A stretch of 64,000 bases of DNA from NCBI RefSeq assembly GCF_020745735.1, contig NW_026867529.1, positions 1 to 64,000 on the forward strand. Direction: 5' to 3'. Below are positions 49,420-60,596 of the stretch, piece by piece. Source of the stretch: Hemiscyllium ocellatum. Its lineage: Eukaryota. The notes under the pieces are model-generated. The model was given only the letters and a program-made list of their open reading frames with translations, searched no databases and was not told the DNA's origin. The position numbers and the translations under genes are program-made. Positions within the stretch are counted from its first letter, which is position 1. Every line of letters begins with the position of its first letter.

Positions 49420-52330
49420 AATCATAATTGTGCAGAGTGCTGGAGAAGCTGGGATCCACACAGAAAGATCAGCAGGACAATGTGAAAGGCTAAAATTATA
49501 GGGCACAGCAAGGGAGTCAAGGAGGCATAAAAACGATAGGCCGTAACATCAGAAGGGAGATAGCAACGTTGGATGGTATTCGTTTTAATGACAGAGTCTG
49601 ATGAACAAGGCAGATGAAATACTGCCATAAATGAGGAAATGATGCGGTTGCTATCACGGAGACATATTGAGAGCCGGCAGGAGTGGCTATTCAATATTCC
49701 AGGATTTAATGCCTTCAGGCGAGACAGGGAAAGATGGAAAAGGATGGAGGCGGGGGTTTGCGGCACAGAATGTTGCTTCTGTCGCAATTCTGACAAGAGT
49801 ATTTTAGGCTGTAAAGAGAAATGAAATCATGGATACCTCCTCGAACAAAGGCAAATGGACAGTACTTCAAAACCAAAATACAGCAACCATCACTACTGGG
49901 AGAACACGATAGACCTTACCATAGGTCCAAAAGACCAAGGGCAAAGACATGGGCAAATTTCAGAGAAATGTTAATTAAATAGGGGAATGAGAAAAGAGGT
50001 TTTTAACTTCCTCAGCATAGGCTTGGATATTCATTGTGTCAAAAGTTTAGAGGGAGCACAATTCTGAAAATGCCCCCAGGAGAATATTTTAACAAAGTAT
50101 GTGTTAATACAGAGAATTTTAATCCAGACCTTGCAAGAAAGGGGTGAACCTGGACTTAACTTTTGGAAATGAAATCGACCCAGTGGGTAAAACATTGGTG
50201 CACTTTGCAGACAGTGAGTGTAAATCAGTTGGATTTCAGATTGTACTGCAAAGGAATAGAAATTGTCCCAAAGTTCTGAAAAGGGGAAGGACAATTTTAG
50301 TAAGAACAGGTAATGACTTAACCAGAGTGGACTGGAAGCTGACACTTATTGGTAAATCTGAGTCAGAGCAGTGTGACACATTTAAGGAAGAGATAGGAAA
50401 ATCACAGGGAGGACATTTCCAGGAAGCCATTGAATGGGACCAAGAATGTAGCGGGCTCTGGACACCAAAGGGCATGGAGGGTGAGATAAAGAGAAACAAG
50501 GGAGGCTTCTGATCTATACTGAAATCTCAGAACAATAGAAATTAGTATGGAGTACAGAACATGAAAGGGGGAGTTTGAAAGACAAGGAATTAGAAGAGCA
50601 AAAGGGACCATGAGAAAATAATAGCAGTCAAAATAAAGGAAAATATTTTTAAAAGTTACAGGCTCATTCATAATAAAAGAATTATTCGGGAAACAGTAAT
50701 GCCCATTAAGTGTTATTATTGGAGTGGAGTCGGAGGATTAGGTTGTGGTCAAAACAAATGTGTTGTGTCAGTGTTCACTAGTAAGACGGACAATGTGGGG
50801 ACAGAAATCATGGAGGGGTGTTGTGATGTACTTTCAGAAATTAGGACACATGATGTGATGTTCTGTGTTGTCTTGCTGAATGAAAAGTGGTTATATTTCC
50901 AGGGCAGATGAAAAGTATACCAAGCGGTTGAGTGATGCAAAGGATGAAATAGTTGGGTCGCTGACAATAATTTAGAATTACTGTTTGGCCACAGCAGTTG
51001 TGCCAAGTGAGTGTAGATCAGCCAACGTTGCACTGTTACGCAGGACAAAGGAAGGGATAAATAATGAAAACACAGATCTGTCAAGCTAGTCTCAGTGGTA
51101 GGGAAACTATTGAAAAGTGAAATTAGTCTTCATTTGGAAGATAAATCAACAACTTTCAGCACGATTTTATTGAGAGAAAGTCATGTGTAACAATTTGATA
51201 GTAGTTTTCAGAGAGATAACTCGATGTACAGATGATAGCAATAATCAGAGCCAATGGGATCCGAGTTAATTTGACAGATTGGATCTCGAACTGGCTGAGT
51301 GATGGGAGCAGGGGATAATAGTCATCGGGTATCTGCGTGACTGGAAATCTATGTCTCCTGGTGTTCTGTAGGGATTGGTGTTGATTCCATGTTATTTCTC
51401 TTACATACCAATGATTGAGACTCAAATTTAGGAGGATGAACCAGTGAATTCACAGATGAAATGAAAACTGTCATGTTGGTAAGTCATGAGCATTATGGCT
51501 TTAGATTGCAGGAGGATATAAAAGGGTTGGTTGTATGTGAAGAGAAGTTGCAAATGGAAATTATTCTGGATAAATGTAAGGTGATGGAATTTGGCAGAAG
51601 AATCTGTGAGGTATGACATTTTGAATGGTGGACCCTGGAAAGGCCTGAGGATCTTTGGTGCATGTACCCACTGTTCCCTATAGTACTGTGTCATCTGGAT
51701 AAAGAGACTAAGAAGGTGGGAGGATATTTGCTTTTATTAGCCTAGACATTGACAATGAAGAACAGGGAGATAATACTGGAACTTAATAGAACACTGGTTA
51801 GGCCATACTGACGCGTTGTGTGCATGTTATCGAAGGAATGTGATTACACTGAAGGCAGTATTGATTAGATTTGCCAGGATCTTGCCTGGGTTGGAGGGTT
51901 TTAGTTATGAAACTAGATGAGATAGACAGGGGTTTTCCTTGGAGCAGAGGAGAATTAGGGAGAAGATTATCATGATGTCTAGAATTATTTTAGGCATAGA
52001 CTGGGTAAACTGGATCAAACCTTTCCCCTTGATGGAGAGATCAATGCCTCAGGGGCACAGGGTGAAGGTAAGGCCAGGAGGTTCCAAGTGGATCTCAGGG
52101 GAAAACAAAATCAAACAGAGGGTGGTGTTAGCCTGGAGCTCAGCACCTATAAGTCATGTCGAAACTGAGCCCTTCACAATAAGTATGAAAGTATTGAAAT
52201 GCATCCTTGCAAGGGCAAGTCACACAAGGCAATGGATCATGTGCTGGCACATGGGACTGGAATAGTTAGGTGGCTGTTATTGATAGGCGTAAACTGGATG
52301 GATCAAAGGGCCTTTTTTCCTGTGCTGTAT
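49420..52330 (+). mobile_element. Old CR1 remnant filling the CH1-CH2 intron
   Basis: Degenerate endonuclease (NIPGFNAFRRDR), linker and RT/3' segments. Confidence 0.65.
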
Positions 52331-52418
52331 AAGGTGATTCTGTGAAAATGGTTATAAATAATGCCTTATTCATATTAATCCCAGATGCTCTGTTTATCTC
52401 AGTTCCCACAATACGTAC

Positions 52419-52725
52419 CACATGGCATTTCTTTGCTCTTGTGTGAGTGTGACCCGCTGTGTTCAACCTCACAGTAGATTTTGCTGGGGCAATCTACCGC
52501 TGACCGGGCAGGGTTAACTGGCTGCTCAGGGTGTATGTTCCCTTCTTGTTTCTCACTGATGGGTAAGTCTTCAATCCATCCGTGATTAGCTCCCCACCTT
52601 TCTTCCAGGTTACCTTGGTGACGTCAGGAAAATAGTCCATCACCAAACAACCAAAGATTGTCGAATCGGTGTTGTGCTCCTCACAGGAGGAGACAGGCCA
52701 TAAAGCGTGGGGGGAGATGGTGTCT
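52419..52725 (-). CDS. IGHM: IgM CH1 exon, two 1-nt deletions as assembled
   Basis: Acceptor ttctattgtAG|AG, donor TGTG|GTacgt. 307 bp; adding one G near 52694 and one near 52504 gives 103 codons: (E)[102 protein letters not shown], with the C-W-C Ig motif. Confidence 0.92.
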
Positions 52726-53060
52726 CTACAATAGAATGACCAATTGAGCATGTTAGTTTCTGTTAATTTGACCTTATCAGTTACTCAATGTATCCTCAGC
52801 TGTAAACATTTGCCAGTATGCTCCCGCTGAAGTCTACAGCATAACTGGAGTTTATTTTTGTTTCCTACCAGTTGCTGATCATGATCATTGGTTCCCTCTT
52901 TAGAAACATGCCCTCGACCTTGACCATTGCCATATCATTTAGGAAGAAGAACATCCTGATCCCACCCCAGGAACTGTTTGAAGATCTCACCAACTGACAC
53001 TTTCATTGGATTGCTGTGAAGAGCAGAGAAGTTTCACAAAATACAAACCAAGGAAATGCA

Positions 53061-53384
53061 GATTCATCGAAATTCTACAGTGTAGACAAACAGGCCATTT
53101 GGCCCAACAAGTCCACACCCACCCTCTGAAAAGAAACACATCCAGACCCATTCCCCTACCCTATTATGCTACAGTTAAACCTGACTAATGCACCAACCTC
53201 CAATCACTGAACACAACATTTGCAATTCCCCAGCTTGTACATCTTTGGACTGTGGGAGAAAATGCACACAGATATGGGGAGAAAGTGCCAACTCCACACA
53301 GACAGTCACCCGAGGCTGGAATGGAACCCGAGTCCCTAGCACTGTGAGGCAGCAGCGCTAACCACGGAACCAGCGTGCCGCCCC
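53061..53384 (-). mobile_element. tRNA-derived SINE (HE1-like)
   Basis: Same head, body and tail as 18214-18528. Confidence 0.85.
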
Positions 53385-53454
53385 ACTAGGTACCCTGCTG
53401 CTGGAAATACCCAACAGAGAAAATACCCCCGGAGAGAAATCAGAGTGAATCATA

Positions 53455-53740
53455 GAACATAGAACAGTACAGCACAGTACAGGCCCTTCGGCCCTCGATG
53501 TTGTGCTGCTCTGACATACTCATATGAAGTCCATCCCACCTACACTATTCCATGTACATCCATATGCCTGTCCAATGACAACTTAAATGTACTTAAACTT
53601 GACAAATCTACTACCGTTGCAGGCAAAGCATTCCACACCCTTACTACACAATCAGTAAAGAAACTACCTCTGCCATCTGTCTTATACCTATCTCCCCTCA
53701 CTTTAAAGTTGTGTCCCCTCGTGTTTGCCGTCCCATACTT
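53455..53740 (-). mobile_element. CR1 3' fragment
   Basis: TRGHNFKVRGDRYKTD...SFFT...VWNALP and (CATAGAA)n tail. Confidence 0.85.
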
Positions 53741-54204
53741 GGAAATCAGGTCCAGTGAGCCTTCCTCACTTATCACTGCAAGGCAGAATGTTCTCTCTGG
53801 GAGGAAGGTCACTGCAGCAGCAGCAGCACAGGCAGGAGCTGAGCACTGGGACGGGGAGGATGGCTGTCACGGCTGAACTCAGGCCAATTGTCTGGAAGTT
53901 GAAACATCTCATTTACAATGATCTGAATTCTGGAGGCCTCTGAAAAATGGAGGACCATTAAGGTTCAGAGACTTTGGAGTGTTACAGCTGAGTATTTACT
54001 TAAATATGATTTGAGAAATGAACAAGTAATCTTTAACTTTAATAACTATCAAACTGATCCGCAGTTCACCACCAAACCTCATCTCTCTAGACTAACCACT
54101 GCACTTACTCTGCCTAGACCTAAATTTCCACTCACATTGACAAACCCTACCCTGCTATACACCCATTCATGCCCGAACACACAAGCCCTATCACACAAAA
54201 CACA

Positions 54205-54895
54205 TCCAAGGCAATCCATATTGGTAGTGTAGCTGAGCAGAGAGATCTCGGTGCCCATGTACATAGATCCCTAAAAGTTGCCAGCCAGTTTGATAGAGTT
54301 GTTAAGAAGGCATACTTTGTGCTGGCTTTCATCGATAGAGGGACTGAGTTTCAGAACCATGAGGTTAGGTTGCAGCTGTACAAACTCTGGTGTGGCTGCA
54401 CTTGGAGTATTGTGTACTGTTCTGGTCACCACATCATAGAGAGGATGTGGAAGCTTTGGAAGAGTTCAGAGGAGGTTTACCAGGATGTTGTTTGGTATGG
54501 CGGGAAGGTTTAATGAGGAAAGGATGAGGGTCTTGAAGCTGTTTTTGTTTGAGAGAAGAAGGTTAAGAGGTGACTTAATTGAGACATAAAAGATAAACAG
54601 AGGGTGGACAGTGAAAGTTTTTTTCCTTGAATTTGTGATGGCTAGCAGGAGAGGACATAGATGACAGATGTCAGAGGTTGTTTCTTTACTCAGAGAGTAG
54701 TAGGGCCATCGAACGCACTGCCTGCACAATAGTACACTCGCCAACTTTAAGGGCATTTAAAAGGTCATTGGATAAACATATGGATGAAAATGGAATAGTG
54801 TAGGATAGATAGGCTTCAGATTGGTTCCACAGGTCAGCGCAACATTGGGCTGAAGAGCCTGTACTGCACTGTAATGTTCTATATTCTATATTCCA
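54205..54895 (+). mobile_element. CR1 3' fragment
   Basis: AEQRDLGAHVHRSLKVA through the 3' tail. Confidence 0.85.
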
Positions 54896-55519
54896 GATGG
54901 ACATATGATCTCAATTCCTTTCAGTCATTTACACTCCTGCCACCCTGCACCTGGCCCATGGCGAATCTGGCCCTGACTGGACCTGGCACCATCATTTTCA
55001 CAACCTCTGACAAAAGCCCACTACCCAAGACATGACCTCAGCCTTGATCACTGACCTCTTCATCTTACCCAAGACAACCTGTGCACATTGCATCCTAGCT
55101 CCTTTGGCATCTGTGTTTACAACTACCATTTTGCCAGACTCCGAGCTTTGCATTTTGACAACACGTCCACCTGTCACTTATTCCAGTGACCTTCCACCCC
55201 CTAAACATCCTGGCACTCTGCCCACCTCTACACTAACCAGCCTGCCATCCTGCCCACCTCTCCATAAACAGCCTGGCAAAGACAGACCTCCTGCATTTCA
55301 GCTCAAACTACCCTCACCTACCAAGCACAATTCAACCAAATTATCCTGTGACCATTACCATTTACCTTGATGCCACCTTTTGCCAGACAGAGTGCACGCA
55401 AGCTTACCCAGCAGCCAGCCAACCAGCTTCCCATCCCAAACTCCCCCACATGCCCAATCTAGCCCCTCACTTGCTCACCACTTTCAACTTTAAGCCTCCT
55501 CCACCATAAAGTCAGTGAG

Positions 55520-55810
55520 TCATAAAGTCGTACAGCACAGAAACAGTTTCCTTTGGTCCAGCCCAGCCATGCTGACCGAGTTCCCAAATTAAACTCATTC
55601 CACTTGCCTGCCTTTGGCCCATATCCATCCAGACCGATCCAGTTCCTGTAGCTGTTCAAATGTCTTCTCAATGTGGGACCGATCTCTGCACTTCCCGCTT
55701 CCTCTGGCAGTTCATTCCAATGTTTTGGACAGTTACAACATGAAGCCCTAACTCCTGCACTCAGTGCTCTGACCAATGAAGGTACATGTGCAAACACCTT
55801 CAACACACTA
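55520..55810 (-). mobile_element. CR1 3' remnant
   Basis: HWNELPEEA segment and SINE-shared 3' tail. Confidence 0.65.
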
Positions 55811-56382
55811 GGTACTTGAGACAACGCTTTCAAGAATCGATGAGTCTTGAATCTATGAATTTCTGTGGTGGAGAATTCCAAAAGAATTCACCATTCTTTT
55901 GTTGAACAGGAAACAATCAGGTTCAATGTTATCGAGTGTTGGGAAGGACTGGTGAGCAGCAAGATTAATGATGATCCCATGAATGGAATAGCCTTCTAGA
56001 GAGGCGAGATGCCTTCTTCAGCTTCCATTTTGCTGCTGACATGTCCTTTTGGCAGCATGTTCCAAAATTGTGATCCTTGAGGATAAGGGCACACATGCAT
56101 GTAAAGCTTTCCTCCAAATCAGACTTCACTTGACTCTCAAACTATTTCCTGCCCGTTTCCTCTTCCTCAATCACAGCCATGGACTCACTTCCTAACAGCG
56201 CTGTGAATGTGCTAATACCACACAAACTTCAGCAATTCAAATAGACTGATGACATCTGGTTTCTCAAGGCGATATAAAAAGTCTGACACTTCCACACCTG
56301 TCTAGAGATTGAAACAACCACTGGAAGAAATGAAAATTATTGAGGCACTTGTGTGTCTATCAAGATGACATGGTTTCCTTTT

Positions 56383-56584
56383 TTAAAAATCACACAACAC
56401 CAGGTTATAGTCCAACAGGTTTAATTGGAAGCAAACTAGCTTTCGGAGTGACGCTCCACTATCACCTGACAAAGGAGCGTCGCTCCGAAAGCTAGTGTGT
56501 TTCCAATTAAACCTGTTGGACTATAACCTGGTGTTGTGTGATTTTTAACTTTGTACACCCAGTCCAACACCGGCATCTCCAAAT
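56383..56584. mobile_element. Near-perfect hairpin insertion with a hammerhead-like motif (Penelope-terminus type)
   Basis: 73-bp inverted arms 56385-56457 and 56474-56546; 14-bp TSD CATGGTTTCCTTTT at 56369-56382 and 56585-56598. Confidence 0.85.
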
Positions 56585-56683
56585 CATGGTTTCCTTTTGT
56601 GTGATTTGACTGTGTTTTCACTGAATGAACAGAGCTATTTCTTAATCATATAACAGGAATGAAGCTTCCCTCATTTTTAACAA

Positions 56684-56877
56684 CTGCTGAAAATGTGTTG
56701 CTGGAAAAGCGCAGCAGGTCAGGCAGCATCCAAGGATCAGGCAGCATCCAAGGACCCTCCTGAAGAAGGACTCATGCCTGAAACATCGATTCTCCTGCTC
56801 CTTGGATGCTGCCTGACCTGCTGCGCTTTTCCAGCAACACATTTTCAGCTCTGATCTCATCTGCAGTCCTCACTTCT
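56684..56877. mobile_element. Hairpin insertion of head-to-head Penelope termini
   Basis: 51-bp perfect inverted arms 56686-56736 and 56799-56849; TSD CCTCATTTTTA(A/G)CAA at 56669-56683 and 56878-56892. Confidence 0.82.
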
Positions 56878-59547
56878 CCTCATTTTTAGCAAGGCAATCA
56901 CACATTATATTTCTTGATTCCAGGGAGTATAGTGTTAAATTAATGAAATATGATGATTGGGATGTTTCAATTGGAAATTGTCAGAGATTTAAAGTTTACT
57001 TTCATGTGCAATTAATTCCAGCCTCATTGTGTCACAGTACTCACAGGAATGTCTTTCAGAAATGGTGTCTCCCTTTGTTATGGGCAGTCGAATCAGTAAA
57101 TCTGGGATAGTTTTTGCTTGTTATCAAGGTGTTTAAGAGTTTTAGCCAAAGGAGACCTGGGGATTGAGCTCACAGATGCACCATGATTAAGCAAGTGGGG
57201 GAACAGCTCGAGGGGCTGAGTGCCCTCCTCTTGTTCCTACCTTCCTATCATTGTGTCATTCATTAAGCTAGCACTGGCCGTGAATACTTTTTATTAAAAT
57301 ATTTCAACAAATTAATTGTTTCACACATGCTTTAAAAAAAAACTTCTGTTGATTATTTGGAACGGGATCATTGACATTCTCTATTTGAGTGATCAAAATA
57401 ACTTCCACCCAATTACAGCAGCCACTGCACTCTGCAGTGTGTTGTTACTTCATAATAGTTTCTTGTGAAACTACAGCTCGAGATCGGGGCACTCAAATTC
57501 AATAATATCTCTGAACATTCGCAATTTGTTCAAATGCATCTTTTTCTCTGAAGAACGTGTTTAATCGAACAGAACTTTTTTCATGAAACAACAAACTTTA
57601 AATGCTAGAAAAACAAAATAAAGACAGAACTTGGAACTCAGCAGGTCTACCAGCTCTTGTGGAGAGAAGCCAAGGTTAACCTTTCCCATCTTCACCAAAT
57701 TGTTTTCATGTTTTTGGCACAAGAGCTCACATTGTTGAGATAAACAGTGATTGCGTTGGCTTGACTCCTGTTGGAAACAGAATTTTAGCAGAGGTACTGG
57801 ATGGTCTGAGATAGCAATGGAAGACCAACTGAAAATCTATCACCATCTGCTGCAAGTGTTGGATTCAGCAGAACCCTCACCGTACTGAACTATCAAATTC
57901 AGCTACAGCACTGGTTTAATATAAAGTAAAACAGCCTCAGCAAAATCTCATCAAATATACTTTGAAAATGATTCATTCTGGATTAGTTATAAATGATATT
58001 GTTAGAACAGCAAGTCAAAAGCTGGGATTTCTTTGAGCACTTACTCCATTAACCCCATCTAGCGATGCCCAAAAGCCTGTGAACAAATATTGATCTGGAA
58101 AAGCTGCTAACCACCAAAATTCTGTTTAATATCTAAGAGACACAAGTCAGGACAGCGATTGAATAGATTCACTGCCTCTGTGAGTGGAATTCCAACAAAC
58201 ACCCAAACATCTCAATCTGCTTTCTTGCATTGAAGTAACCTGATAAGAGATGGTGTTACATACCTCTCTAACAGGTTGTAAGTGAACACAGACCACCTGG
58301 CACAGAATCAGGGACCCTACTATAACTTCACAACAGACCTGAACGCAATGAGCTCGACACTATCACGGAGAACACAGCCCACCTGTTTTTGACAGTATAT
58401 AAACCATGTTAGTTATTAACACCTTCCAACAACCAAGGATTGTTCCAGAATGTTTGTACAATGAAAGTAACATTTCAACATTTATCCAAGAATACTTTGA
58501 CAGCAGCTCCAAATTGTTCAAATCTATGGGAACTACAGAGCAATAAAACTGGGAATTGCATTGCATCAATTCACTGTCACTGGATTCCAACTTCGAACTC
58601 CTTCTCTTTCCCCTGGGAATGTTGCTGCACCAGACGGTCTACTTAGTTTGAAAAAGATTAAAAATGTTTTGAAGTGTATTATGACCGTTGCAGTGACATT
58701 AAAAGCTGATAATAGGTTTTCAAATAATAAGATGCAAAAAAAATTCTGATTCTACTTTTGTGCCACGAAACATTCCTGCATAACTGAGGCACAAAGAAAA
58801 TATGCAGCATATTTCCCTTTGCCTCGCTCAATCAAATATCCCTTGTTGCCAACAACCAATTTCAAAACTCTTGCTATCTGCCTTTTGTTCTGAAACGTTC
58901 GTTCTGATTGGAACAACTTAGTCAGGGCTCTCAATTCTGAGGCACCTATTGTATTTCTGGCAGATAAAAGTGGTTTTGAAGCGCCGAGATGAAATTGAAC
59001 TGTCTGCGATTCAGGTATCCGAACTGGGACAATTTACAAATGGTCAGGACCGTTGACAAGTTAGTCAGAGATAGCACTGAAACAAACTGTACAACAGACT
59101 TAATCCTAGAGGATACATTGCTCAACTCCTCACGTCAAATATATTCACTGTAAATATTCATCAGAAGAACTAACCAGTGGATTAATGTGAACGATAATGT
59201 GTTCACAATGAACATAAATAACCACTGAATTAATAAACTTAATAAGTCATTGCATTTAACAAAAATATTGAGTGGGAAATATCGCCAATTAAAGCACAGA
59301 TCTGGAGGAAATGGGTTATTCTCCAACTTATTTTTACATATTCTTAAAATGTTCCTTGAACTATGGAGATTTTGCATGCACTGCATAAACAATACTGTAT
59401 TCCAGTGTGGAAAGCATTCTTTTGAAGGAATTAGGGCAAGGTTATTTCTTGTTAACTGCTTTTAATGAACTAAAATGTTTTAAAAGGTAAGAATTGAAAA
59501 CATGCTTCTGTCTGGAGTTGCCACTTTAACGGATGTCTAAGTAAATG

Positions 59548-59825
59548 TGGCACTGCCCTCACAGATCCAGGTACCCAGGCTCGGTTCCAGCCTCAGGTGA
59601 CTGCCTATGTGGAGTTTACACAATCTCCCCTGTGTCTGTGTGGATTTCCTCCCCAATCCAAAGATGTGCATGCAGGTGAAACTGGTCATGCTATATTGTC
59701 TATGTGTTAGGTGCATTAGTCAGGGTAAATATAGGGTAGGGGAATGGGTCTGGGTGGGTTACTCTTCAGAGGGTCGGTGTGGACTTGTTGGGCCAAATGG
59801 CCCGATACATACTGTAGGAATCCTA
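59548..59825 (+). mobile_element. Degenerate tRNA-derived SINE
   Basis: Homologous to 18214-18528. Confidence 0.75.
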
Positions 59826-60077
59826 ATGAAAATGATTGTCACACTTAACTAATGTCAGCAGATTCCTTCTGATCGCTACATTGCAATAAATTGGTCAAGT
59901 ATATTAATTTAAATAAATATGCTCTATTTTCAGTGTCTGAATAAACAATGTGCTCTGTTATCCTCTAGTTCACGTCTCTGCAAATTTGTGAACTCTGCAT
60001 CCGCCTGAACACATCGATGTAAAATGAATTCTCTGCGTTTGCAGCAAGTACTCCCATGGTTTTAAGAGGAGAGTTCC

Positions 60078-60402
60078 TGCAGTATGGAAACAGGCCATTT
60101 GGCCCAACAATTCCACACTGACCCTCTGAACAGTAAGTAGCCCACCCAGACCCATTCCCCCTAATTTATATTTCCCCTGACTAATGCACCCTAACATACA
60201 CATCCCTGAACACTATGGCTGTGCTCAATTGCACAATCACCTGACTTGCACTTCTTTTAGACTGTGGTAGGAAACCAGAGCGCCCGAAGAAACCCACGCA
60301 GACACAGGGAGAATGTGCAAACTCCACACAGGCAGTCACCCGAGGGTGGAATCAAATTGGGACCCTGGCGCTGTGAGACAGCAATGCCAATCACTGAGCA
60401 CC
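60078..60402 (-). mobile_element. Degenerate tRNA-derived SINE
   Basis: Homologous to 53061-53384. Confidence 0.75.
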
Positions 60403-60583
60403 TGTGCCCTGCGAGTTCATGAGTGGATTACTTTAATTAATTCGAAATTTGGCCTTGGTCACATAACTCACTATAGCAGTTGTTTCCGGAAGAATGACTC
60501 TTCAGTTGATATTTTGTTGTCAAATGGAACTATTTATTTAAATGCACAGATTGGGAACACCTAAAGCACTGTGCAGGTTAAAT

Positions 60584-60596
60584 NNNNNNNNNNNNN
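60584..60596. other. Assembly gap (13 N)
   Basis: Run of 13 N. Confidence 0.99.

Larger units (their letters stand above)
40361..52725 (-). other. IGHM: Immunoglobulin mu heavy-chain constant region (CH1-CH4, secretory tail, TM1, TM2) of a shark-type IgH cluster
   Basis: Four C1-set Ig exons in order, a secretory tail [20 protein letters not shown] with penultimate Cys, and a TM segment ending LVKVK. Matches known elasmobranch IgM organisation. Confidence 0.95.

Noticed and set aside
40361-52725. IgNAR, IgW or three-domain IgM1gj identity
   Set aside because: Four constant exons including CH2, and a mu-type secretory tail and TM.
52494-52751. ORF-track start MLNWSFYC as a real N-terminus
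   Set aside because: The ATG is intronic; the frame matches CH1 only between the two indels.
60567-60573. CACTGTG heptamer beside the gap as an RSS
   Set aside because: No nonamer at 12 or 22-23 bp, and the wrong orientation for a J RSS of a minus-strand gene.
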